Assembly: GCA_951406725.2 (NCBI GenBank)
Contig: OX597829.1
Coordinates: 22,816,001 to 22,880,000, forward strand
DNA: 64,000 nt
Origin: Octopus vulgaris
Lineage: Eukaryota
Reading direction: 5' to 3'
The notes below the pieces were generated by a model that worked only from the letters and a program-made list of their open reading frames with translations, was not told the origin of the DNA and did no database searches. Of the stretch, positions 41,473-51,614 are shown in pieces (positions within the stretch are counted from its first letter, which is position 1; every line of letters starts with the position of its first letter). The translations under genes were made by a program, and so were the position numbers.

Positions 41473-42505
41473 AGGAATTAATCTTCTCTTTCGCTCTTAT
41501 ACGCCATTTGGTCTCAACTCTCCCCCTCCTCATCTAACCCCCCTCTCCCCCTCCTCACCTATCCTTTCTCCCCCCGACCCCCACTTCTTCAGTCCTTCAT
41601 CCTTTCACCCCTACTCCCCTTCCCTTCTTCCCTCTTTCTCCCTCCCTCTTCCTCTTCCCTCTGCTCCCTCACTCCCTCTCTCCCCTTCTCTCTCCCCCTC
41701 TCCCTCTTTCCTCCTTCATCCCTCTCCTCCCCTTCCTTCTCCCCATCCTCTCCTCTTCACCCTCCCCTCCCCCTCTTCTTCCCCTCCCCTTCTCCCCCTC
41801 TTCTCCCCTCCCCCTCTTCTCCTCACTACACCACATGACTTTACACATCACATCACATATGATGTGCCATACTAATACACACACCAACTAATACATACTA
41901 ATACGTACTAATACATACTAGTACATACTAATACTTACACCAACCCTATACATACACACGTCCAGACCCCGCATACGCACTTATACTCTCTCACACACAC
42001 ACACACACACCTATACATACCAATACGTACTAATACATACTAATACATACTAATACATACACCAACCCCACACATACGCACGTCCAGACCAATCCCACGC
42101 ACTGATACTCTCTCATACACACACACACACACACACACACCCTTATACATACTAATACATACACCAACCCTATACATACACATCCAGACCCCTCCCACGC
42201 ACTTTTAGCTGGTCCCTCAACCCTATTATCTCCCCTTATTTCGCTCTCGCGTCTCATGTTTGATCTTTGACCTCTGGCCGAAATCAGATCGCCATGTTGA
42301 TTCGTTAGCTACTGCACGCATTTTTTTCTCTCCTTCTTTCTGTGTTTTTCTCTCTCTGTGTATCTTTCTGTTGAAGAGCGTAGGCTCGAAACGTTAAAGA
42401 CTTGTTTTATTTATATTTCCTGAGCGCCATACTAATACAATTGTTCGTTTGTTTTCCACCTGCCTTCGTCTTTTGTTTATTTTCATAAAGCTTCCCGTTA
42501 TATAT
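41473..42505 (+). repeat. 5' pseudo-LTR
   Basis: Nearly identical to 45965-46998. The differences noticed are small indels in C/CT tracts. Confidence 0.93.
42363..42400 (+). ncRNA. Minimal hammerhead ribozyme motif, variant core CUGUUGA (5' pLTR)
   Basis: TCTTT-CTGTTGA-A-GAGC-GTAG-GCTC-GAAA-CGTT-AAAGA: stem I TCTTT/AAAGA, stem II GAGC/GCTC. Confidence 0.7.
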
Positions 42506-43122
42506 TATGCGCTCACGTGGTCTCACTTTCATCCTATATTCTACCAATACCACTATCAACACTTACCTCTACCTTGGATTTTCTTTACCTCTTGGATACT
42601 TACCATCGGCTGCACCTCTCTTTCGCGGATCAAAGTGACTTTGCATTGATGTGAAATCCTTAAAAAATATACCACGACGTCTACACATTTCTCACCTTGA
42701 ACTTTCAACCTTGAACTTGTTCGCATAAACTGTCCCGTTTGTTGTATTTTTATTTTCTCTTATATTACCACTTTTTTTACATTCATTTCATGCTTTCCAC
42801 ATTTTCCTGAATTTTTGTTCTCCTTTCCGTCTTTCTTCCCTCTCTGGATGTCCATACTCCGTTTCCTCTGCCTGCACCCCCCTTTTTTTGCCTCCCCCTC
42901 TCTCTGCTTCCCTTCTTTCTTTCCCTTTTCCGTTTGCCCCGTCTTTTCTGCCCCTATCGCTTACTTATCTAGTTTTTTCATACGATTATTATTTTTTTTA
43001 TTTTTTTTTTTTTGTTTTTTTGAACGTTTGTTTTTTCCCCTTTTTTTCTATTTTTTTCATACGATAATTTTTGTTTTTTGTTTTTTTTGTTTTTTCGAAC
43101 GTTTTTTTTCCGCTATCCCATC

Positions 43123-46100
43123 ATGCCGGATCCTAGGTCCTACCTCCTCACCCTCAATCACCGTTTGAAGGATCATCTACGTTCGCTTCCTGTATATCGC
43201 CTTCAGCCGTCCGTTAATCTCTCTCTACTTCTTTTTAAAAAAACCCGCTTCTCTAGCCATGTCTCTTTCCTAAGCCGCTGCCTACATCACCGACTCATCC
43301 CTAAAGGTTTCCGCCTCCACTTCCACCCTGCTCTCCACTCGGATTCTTCCATCTTACCCATACTCCGCACCACATCTTACCGCCTTATGCGGGCCACCAT
43401 TCGCTCCAATCTCTCCAAACTACAAGCCATCAACCGCCTTCTTCCTCCTGCTTTCTCCACCTTCTTCTCCTCTCTGCCGCCTCTCTATGCTCCAAACACG
43501 CTACGCTTCATTATCCATTTGAATCAACTCTTCCATCAATTTCTTTCTGATACCAAACTTCGTAAACTCCAATCACTCTTCCATTCCACCCTACCCGACG
43601 CCACTACCCCAACTCCTCCACCACCCTTCTCCCCTCCCGATAGGCTCCATCCACCCACACCTAACCCCACTGCCCCTCCCTACAACCCCTTCTCCCCTCC
43701 CGTTAGGCTCCATCCACCTACACCTAACCCTACTGCCCCGCCCAACCACCCCCCACACACCTCCCCAATCCCTCCCCCTCAGACCTCCACGAGACCTACC
43801 ACCCCTCCTACTTCTATTCCACCCACCCCTTCTCCACTTCCGTCTGTTGTTACCATTCCCCCCGATCTTCCCCTCTCTGCGGCTGAACGCTCCGTCCTTG
43901 GTAGGGGTCTGCGTTTCATCCCCCTCACTCCATCCTGTAAGGAATTCCAGACGCGAGTTGATGTCCACAGCTTTGTGCGCCGTGTCCGGTTGGGTGCGCA
44001 TTACCACGACTCGCCACCCACACCCAACGAAGAGGACGACTGCTTCACTGGCCTGGGCCGCCGACCATCCCCGTGGACGCCTGCCCCTGGCCAGATCCTA
44101 GCAGTGGATCTTTTCGCGGGCGCTTGTCAGCGTGCATTGGAGCGGTTCAACTTCTCCAGGCGCCAACGCCGCCTCAACATCTCCCCGGCTGAGCTCTTGG
44201 CTCTTCGTTCCCTCCAACGGCGCGCTGACATTATCATCAAACCGGCTGACAAGGGTGGAGCTGTAGTGGTGTGGCGCGCGGACCTCTATAGGGCCGAGGC
44301 TTTCCGCCAACTCAATGACACCTCCTTCTATTCCCCTCTGCCCTCTAACCCCACACGTAGCTACCAACAGACGGTATCCTCTACTGTCCAAGACCTCATC
44401 TCGTCCTCCCGTCTCCCCCGCACCGCATCCAACCTAATTGTGCGAACCCCACGTACCCCCACCATTTACTTCCTCCCCAAAATCCACAAACCCAACAACC
44501 CTGGCCGCCCCATCGTCTCCGCCTGTAACTGCCCCACGGAGCTCATCTCTAAATACCTCGACCGTGTCCTTGCCCCCCTAGTGGCATCTCTTCCCTCCCA
44601 CATCCACGATACCAACCATGCTCTCCGGCTTTTCAACTCTTTCTCCTTTCCTCCCGGCTCCTCCAAAATCCTTTTTACTATGGACATCCAAAGCCTCTAT
44701 ACTGTTATCCCTCACCACGAAGGACTGCAGGCCCTTCGACACTTTCTTGACCTCCGCTCTAACCCTGTACCTGACACCTCCACACTCATTCGTCTGGCCG
44801 AACTTGTCCTTACTCTGAACTGCTTCTCGTTCGCGGGCGAGTTCTACCATCAGGTCTCGGGAGTGGCCATGGGAACGCGAATGGGCCCCAACTATGCGAA
44901 CCTGTTCGTTGGCTATGTTGAGGCCCAAATATTCTCTACTTTCACTGGTCCCACTCCTGAACTATATGGTCGTTATATTGACGACATTATCGGTGCCACC
45001 TCACTCTCCCGCGAACATCTAGATTCCTTCCTCTCTTTCGTCCAATCTTTCCATCCAGCCCTCCACTTCACTTCCACTATCTCCAACACCTCTGTCTCCT
45101 TCCTCGACATTTCGGTTAGCATTCTTGACTCCACTCTTACCACCTCCATTCACTACAAACACACAGACTCACACTCATACCTCAACTTCTCTTCCTCCCA
45201 CCCAGAACACACCAAGCTTTCCATCCCCTATTCCCAATTCCTCCGTCTACGTAGGCTCTGTAGTGACGACCATGACTTTGAGACTCAGTCTCAACGTATG
45301 GCTCACCACTTCACCCTACGTGGATACCCCCTCACCACTATCCACACCGCCCTTGCCAGAGCACGGTCCGTGGACCGTGTATCTGCTCTCTCTCCCCGAA
45401 CCCGCCCTGTAGTCTCCCGCCTCCCTTTTCCCCTCACTTACCACCCCACGACCCTACGTCTCCAACGCACCATTCTTCGAGCTTTCCGTCGTCTCCAGTC
45501 CGACCCGTCCACTTCACACCTCTTCCCTAACCGACCCCTCCCCTCTTTCAAACGAGCCCACAACCTTCGAGACCTTTTGGTCCATAGCTCCTTCCCTGAC
45601 CCTACCTCCCAACCCGGCTCGTTCCCCTGCTCCCGCCCACGTTGCCGCACTTGCCCTTACCTCTCCAACACCACCCGCCTCACTAGCACCCACCATCGAC
45701 CCTATCCCATCATCCACTCCTTCACCTGCACCTCCAGCAATATTATCTATTGCATCTCTTGCTCTCTCTGCAATTCCTTGTACATCGGACAAACGGGACG
45801 CCGCTTGGCTGACCGGTTCGCGGAACACCTTCGTGACATCCACCTTGCGAACGACACACCGGTCTCACGCCATTTCCGCTCCACCGGTCACTCCTTGCAA
45901 CACCTATCTGTGTTCGGTTTGTCCTTACACAGAGGCCATCCGGATTCCCGTTTGCGCCGTGAACAGGAATTAATCTTCTCTCTTCGCTCTTATACGCCAT
46001 TTGGTCTCAACTCTCCCCCCTCCTCATCTAACCCCCCTCTCCCCCTCCTCACCTATCCTTTCTCCCCCCGACCCCCACTTCTTCAGTCCTTCATCCTTTC

Positions 46101-46368
46101 ACCCCTACTCCCCTTCCCTTCTTCCCTCTTTCTCCCTCCCTCTTCCTCTTCCCTCTGCTCCCTCACTCCCTCTCTCCCCTTCTCTCTCCCCTCTCCCTCT
46201 TTCCTCCTTCATCCCTCTCCTCCCCTTCCTTCTCCCCATCCTCTCCTCTTCACCCTCCCCTCCCCCTCTTCTTCCCCTCCCCTTCTCCCCCTCTTCTCCC
46301 CTCCCCCTCTTCTCCTCACTACACCACATGACTTTACACATCACATCACATATGATGTGCCATACTAA
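43123..46368 (+). CDS. PLE polyprotein: N-terminal domain, Pro-rich linker, reverse transcriptase, Cys linker, GIY-YIG endonuclease
   Basis: First ATG at 43123 (MPDPRSY). Motifs IIKPADKGGAVVV, YFLPKIHK, GRPIVS, TMDIQSLYT, GVAMGTRMGPNYANLF, RYIDDI, FLDI, CSRPRCRTC, NIIYCISCSLCNSLYIGQTGRRLADRFAEH and EQELIFSL...GLN. No internal stop. The C-terminal ~110 low-complexity aa are doubtful. Confidence 0.93.
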   Translation: MPDPRSYLLTLNHRLKDHLRSLPVYRLQPSVNLSLLLFKKTRFSSHVSFLSRCLHHRLIPKGFRLHFHPALHSDSSILPILRTTSYRLMRATIRSNLSKLQAINRLLPPAFSTFFSSLPPLYAPNTLRFIIHLNQLFHQFLSDTKLRKLQSLFHSTLPDATTPTPPPPFSPPDRLHPPTPNPTAPPYNPFSPPVRLHPPTPNPTAPPNHPPHTSPIPPPQTSTRPTTPPTSIPPTPSPLPSVVTIPPDLPLSAAERSVLGRGLRFIPLTPSCKEFQTRVDVHSFVRRVRLGAHYHDSPPTPNEEDDCFTGLGRRPSPWTPAPGQILAVDLFAGACQRALERFNFSRRQRRLNISPAELLALRSLQRRADIIIKPADKGGAVVVWRADLYRAEAFRQLNDTSFYSPLPSNPTRSYQQTVSSTVQDLISSSRLPRTASNLIVRTPRTPTIYFLPKIHKPNNPGRPIVSACNCPTELISKYLDRVLAPLVASLPSHIHDTNHALRLFNSFSFPPGSSKILFTMDIQSLYTVIPHHEGLQALRHFLDLRSNPVPDTSTLIRLAELVLTLNCFSFAGEFYHQVSGVAMGTRMGPNYANLFVGYVEAQIFSTFTGPTPELYGRYIDDIIGATSLSREHLDSFLSFVQSFHPALHFTSTISNTSVSFLDISVSILDSTLTTSIHYKHTDSHSYLNFSSSHPEHTKLSIPYSQFLRLRRLCSDDHDFETQSQRMAHHFTLRGYPLTTIHTALARARSVDRVSALSPRTRPVVSRLPFPLTYHPTTLRLQRTILRAFRRLQSDPSTSHLFPNRPLPSFKRAHNLRDLLVHSSFPDPTSQPGSFPCSRPRCRTCPYLSNTTRLTSTHHRPYPIIHSFTCTSSNIIYCISCSLCNSLYIGQTGRRLADRFAEHLRDIHLANDTPVSRHFRSTGHSLQHLSVFGLSLHRGHPDSRLRREQELIFSLRSYTPFGLNSPPSSSNPPLPLLTYPFSPRPPLLQSFILSPLLPFPSSLFLPPSSSSLCSLTPSLPFSLPSPSFLLHPSPPLPSPHPLLFTLPSPSSSPPLLPLFSPPPLLLTTPHDFTHHITYDVPY

Positions 46369-46998
46369 TACACACACCAACTAATACATACTAATACGTA
46401 CTAATACATACTAGTACATACTAATACTTACACCAACCCTATACATACACACGTCCAGACCCCGCATACGCACTTATACTCTCTCACACACACACACACA
46501 CACCTATACATACCAATACGTACTAATACATACTAATACATACTAATACATACACCAACCCCACACATACGCACGTCCAGACCAATCCCACGCACTGATA
46601 CTCTCTCATACACACACACACACACACACACACCCTTATACATACTAATACATACACCAACCCTATACATACACATCCAGACCCCTCCCACGCACTTTTA
46701 GCTGGTCCCTCAACCCTATTATCTCCCCTTATTTCGCTCTCGCGTCTCATGTTTGATCTTTGACCTCTGGCCGAAATCAGATCGCCATGTTGATTCGTTA
46801 GCTACTGCACGCATTTTTTTCTCTCCTTCTTTCTGTGTTTTTCTCTCTCTGTGTATCTTTCTGTTGAAGAGCGTAGGCTCGAAACGTTAAAGACTTGTTT
46901 TATTTATATTTCCTGAGCGCCATACTAATACAATTGTTCGTTTGTTTTCCACCTGCCTTCGTCTTTTGTTTATTTTCATAAAGCTTCCCGTTATATAT
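45965..46998 (+). repeat. 3' pseudo-LTR
   Basis: Direct repeat of 41473-42505, ending AAGCTTCCCG-TTATATA. Confidence 0.93.
46856..46893 (+). ncRNA. Minimal hammerhead ribozyme motif, variant core CUGUUGA (3' pLTR)
   Basis: Identical to 42363-42400. Confidence 0.7.
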
Positions 46999-47010
46999 AT
47001 ACATATATAC

Positions 47011-47041
<31 letters not shown>

Positions 47042-47134
47042 TATATATATATACATACATATATATATATATGTATATACATATATGTATGTATATATGT
47101 ATATATACATGTATACATGTGCATATGTATACAT

Positions 47135-47192
<58 letters not shown>

Positions 47193-47195
47193 GTA

Positions 47196-47600
47196 CAGGA
47201 TGAAATGAGTAAATTGTTGCCATTTTATATTTTTAACTTTGTGCATGCGCATTGTCTGTTTCGGATTTTGTTGACTACACAGTATAGTAGGGTCAGTTGG
47301 GTACTGTCTGTGAGAAAAAACAGCACCATGACACAATTCACTCTGCCAGAAACTTGAAAACGACATGCTGTATTGCTTCGCATTCATGCTGGAAGCTCCA
47401 GTACGAACATTTCAGAGTGTTTGGGTATCAATCTGAGGCGCAGGAGTGGCTGTGTGGTAAGTAGCTTGCTAACCAACCACATGGATCCGGGTTCAGTCCA
47501 CTGCGTGGCATCTTGGGCAAGTGTCTTCTGCTATAGCCCCGGGCCGACCAATGCCTTGTGAGTGGATTTGGTAGACGGAAACTGAAAGAAGCCTGTCGTA

Positions 47601-47667
<67 letters not shown>

Positions 47668-48225
47668 ATGTGTGTGTGTGTTTGTGTGCCTGTGTTTGTC
47701 CCCCAAGCATTGCTTGACAACCGATGCTGGTGTGTTTACGTCCCCGTCACTTAGCGGTTCGGCAAAAGAGACCGATAGAATAAGTACTGGGCTTACAAAG
47801 AATAAGTCCCGGGGTCGAGTTGCTCGATTAAAGGCGGCGCTCCAGCATGGCCGCAGTCAAATGACTGAAACAAGTAAAGAGAGAATATGTAGCGAGAGTG
47901 GTAAAAATCAAGCATCCAGTGAACAGCATGGTGTGTGGAGTGATCACAAGTGATTGCGACGTTAAGCTTCCATTAATTTTTCCCCCACACAGCCTCAGAC
48001 TCAACACGGAGGCCTACATCAAGTGCCATGTGTCAAGGGGGTGGCTGCTGGAAGACCTTATGTCGGGTAACAAAACTCTGCATCATGCCACACAAGCAGG
48101 AGAACCCAGTCATGGCTGTCAGATAATTTCTGCAATCACATCTGGCCGCCTAACTCCCCCAGACTGTAAACCCTCTTGATTATTATCTGTCGTGCACAGT
48201 TGAGCGAGAGACTAACAAAGCTCCT
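47196..48225 (+). pseudogene. Tc1/mariner-superfamily (DD37D/maT-like) transposon relic split by a SINE
   Basis: TA-CAGGATG start. [21 protein letters not shown]...ISECLGI, then KHPVNSMVCGVITSD, QNSASCHTSRRTQSWL and WPPNSPDC. Confidence 0.7.
47435..47885 (+). mobile_element. SINE family A, full length
   Basis: Complete head, microsatellite and tail. Confidence 0.9.
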
Positions 48226-48365
48226 TTGCGCGGGGTCGACGATTTAAGTACCAGTAAAGCACTGGGGTCGATTACGCCGACTGGTCCCCTCCCGCAAAAT
48301 TTCAGGCCTTGTGCCTATTGTAGAAGGGATATATATATAAGCATATACATAGTAGCAGCAGCAGC

Positions 48366-48415
<50 letters not shown>

Positions 48416-48530
48416 GAGTAGCAGTAGTAGTAGTAACAGTTTTCTCTGTTTATCAAGAAGAGTAATTACAATAAACACCACCACCACCACCACCACCACC
48501 ACCACCACCACCACCACCACCACCACCACC

Positions 48531-48583
<53 letters not shown>

Positions 48584-48695
48584 CACTTACGCTGCTAACG
48601 CTGCATGTGATGTTTTAGTTTAGTTGTTTTAATACCCACATCCCTGCTGTTACTGGTAAAGTTATAAAAGTAGTAGTAGTAGTAGCAGCAGCAGC

Positions 48696-48750
<55 letters not shown>

Positions 48751-48906
48751 ACGAGAAATAAACTTTAGGTTACTTCAAATATGTTTGTGACATATTTTAA
48801 CTCCTAAAGGCAATTTCACTGTAGTTTACCGCGGAGGAAAAAAATTTCTATTTATGGCAAACGTTGTAAAAACACTATTTGCAGTCAGTTCTACTTCTCA
48901 TATATG

Positions 48907-48950
<44 letters not shown>

Positions 48951-48967
48951 TACACATATATATATAT

Positions 48968-49032
<65 letters not shown>

Positions 49033-49039
49033 TACACAC

Positions 49040-49141
<102 letters not shown>

Positions 49142-49155
49142 TGTATATGTATATA

Positions 49156-49195
<40 letters not shown>

Positions 49196-49208
49196 TATAT
49201 ACACACAC

Positions 49209-49280
<72 letters not shown>

Positions 49281-49305
49281 ACATGTACCTATGCATATGT
49301 GTGTG

Positions 49306-49353
<48 letters not shown>

Positions 49354-49362
49354 TATATATAC

Positions 49363-49406
<44 letters not shown>

Positions 49407-49427
49407 TATACACACACATATATATAC

Positions 49428-49485
<58 letters not shown>

Positions 49486-49536
49486 ACATGTACCTATGCA
49501 TATGTGTGTGGATATATATATATATATATATATATA

Positions 49537-49723
49537 CCGGAGTAAACACATAAATGTGAAACAAGGTGGAAAAAAGAGTACTCAAATACCAGTGGTAGAG
49601 TAATATGCTTTATTTTAAGCAGCAGAAAAATTCAACAAAATCTGTTACTCTGAGTTTCTCGTTGCCGTTCATCAGACAGTTTTTGCTAGAAATTTTGTTG
49701 AATTTTCTGCTGCTTAAAATAAA

Positions 49724-49724
<1 letters not shown>
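49537..49724. mobile_element. Inverted pLTR-like unit (HHR family c), hammerhead on - strand
   Basis: ~35-bp inverted arms CTTTATTTTAAGCAGCAGAAAAATTCAACAAAAT / ATTTTGTTGAATTTTCTGCTGCTTAAAATAAAG. (TA)n on both flanks. Confidence 0.82.
49642..49679 (-). ncRNA. Type I hammerhead ribozyme motif with canonical core
   Basis: CTGT-CTGATGA-ACG-GCAA-CGA-GAAA-CTC-A-GAG-TA-ACAG: stem I CTGT/ACAG, GNRA-capped short stem II (one mismatch), stem III CTC/GAG, GUA cleavage triplet. Confidence 0.8.
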
Positions 49725-49808
<84 letters not shown>

Positions 49809-49869
49809 CATACATATACACACAGACACATGTATATATATACATATATATGTGTATCTACATATGAAG

Positions 49870-50036
49870 AAGCAGAAGATACTGTGCGTTAAAAAGCTTG
49901 TTTCCCAACCTCACGGTTCCGGGTTCAGTCTCACGGCGTGGCACCTTAGGCAAGTGACTTATAGACTACAGCCGCGGTCTGACCAAAACCTTGAAAATGA
50001 ATTTGGTAGACGGATACTGAAAAAAGCCTATCGTGA

Positions 50037-50114
<78 letters not shown>

Positions 50115-50230
50115 GTGTGTGTATTTTTGTATCTGTGTTTGTCACCCCACCATCACTTTACAACCGATGTTGGTGTGTTTGCGTTCCCCATAGCATAGCG
50201 GTTCGGCAAAAGAACCTGATAGAATAAGTT
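49870..50230 (+). mobile_element. Old SINE family A copy (3' truncated)
   Basis: Diverged head and body. Confidence 0.7.
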
Positions 50231-50449
50231 TTTCCTTGTTTCTGCCTGTCTCTGTCTTTCTTGTTTAATCTTGTGGGTTCGAGGTCGTTGTGAATACTTG
50301 GCAGAAGAAGAAGAAGAAGAAGAAGAAGAAGAAGAAGAAGAAGAAGAAGAAGAAGAAGAAGAAGAAGAAGAAGAAGAAGAAGAAGAAGAAGAAGAAGAAG
50401 AAGAAGAAGAAGAAGAAGAAGAAATGTTCAAGTGACCTAAAAGTGATTT

Positions 50450-51614
50450 GTTGTGGATTATAGTAGTGATTGAGACTGTTTTGAATTAATTCTTGGATAT
50501 CTCTTTTGAACGTATCATTTTTAATATTAGCGTGTATGTTATTCTAAAGTCGTGGTGGATATGTCATTTGTAGTAGATGCGTTCAAAAGGGGTCTGTATT
50601 TTGTGATAAAAAAACGACTCTACTAATTCGTTGGCTACATATTGCGTCGTCCCTGAATTGATAGAGGGGAAAAATTCTGAAGCTTGGATTTTTGTTGTTG
50701 GCGCAAATTTCGATGTGTTGTCTGAATGCTATTTTTCTGTTTTCCGGAATTTTGGTCTGAGATCTATGCAGAGCCATCCTTTGACGTAGACTGTTTTTTG
50801 TTTGGCCTATGTATTGCTCTTGACACTCAGAGCAGGTTAGTGCGTATATCAGGTTCTCCGAAGCACATATGAAGATGTTTTCCACTGTGAAATGTTGTCC
50901 CTGTTTGAAGGAGAACTCTGATCCCTCAATTAAATTGACGCATATCCCACAGTTGGGTCTTCCGCATTTTTTTTACTGACGGCTTCAGTGTCGTTGAACG
51001 TATTTGGGCTTGTGTTAGGAGACTTTTCATAGATTTGGACTCTCTCTTGTTTTTGTAATAGTGTGTATTTGGAGGATTAAGTTCATTCTTTGGTCCTTTT
51101 TTTAGCAGGGGGATGTTTTGAAGGATGGTGTCGAAGGCTTCATTGTTAAGAGGGTTGTGTGTGGAGATGTATGGTAGGACTTTTGGTTGTAAATCCTTCT
51201 TTAATTTGGGATGTCTGAGTTCGTGAATGTTGAGTTGTAGGGCACTCATGCCACCCCAGACACACCTGAATGAATATCCCCTTCAACCTAGCAAAAATGA
51301 TCTGTACTATAGTTTCTAATGCAAGCGCCAAGGACACACAACTACATGAACTAAATGATACACTCATCACCAGGAACTACCCACCTTCACTAATTGATAT
51401 ATGCTTTCAACGTGCCCTACAACTCAACATTCACGAACTCAGACATCCCAAATTAAAGAAGGATTTACAACCAAAAGTCCTACCATACATCTCCATACAT
51501 AACCCTCTTAACAATGAAGCCTTCGACACCATCCTTCAAAACATCCCCCTGCTAAAAAAAGGACCAAAGAATGAACTTAATCCTCCAAATACACACTATA
51601 ACAAAAACAAGAGA
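50450..51614 (-). pseudogene. Second Neptune-type PLE fragment (thumb, Cys linker, GIY-YIG) with inverted duplication
   Basis: Minus strand CGRPNCGIC...ICASENLIYALTCSECQEQYIGQTKNSLRQRMALH. Plus strand SCHPRHT*MNIPFNLAKMICTIVSN. 51043-51245 is inverted relative to 51412-51614. Confidence 0.85.

Larger units (their letters stand above)
41473..46998 (+). mobile_element. Full-length Penelope-like retroelement (Neptune-type) with direct pseudo-LTRs
   Basis: A ~1.03 kb direct repeat (41473-42505 vs 45965-46998) starts inside the endonuclease coding end, the typical partial-tandem PLE structure. Single RT+GIY-YIG ORF. (TA)n on both flanks. Confidence 0.95.

Noticed and set aside
43078-43122. N-terminal extension MFFLFFRTFFFRYPI of the 1096-aa ORF
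   Set aside because: It starts at a TTG in a T-rich leader. The first ATG is at 43123.
43591-46380. Antisense and alternative-frame ORFs overlapping the PLE ORF
   Set aside because: By-products of the strong C/T strand bias of the PLE coding strand. No recognisable motifs.
49276-49512. Repeated CCTTTACATGTACCTATGCATATGTGTGTGGAT about 205 bp apart
   Set aside because: A simple local duplication within a microsatellite field, or an assembly echo. No sign of function.
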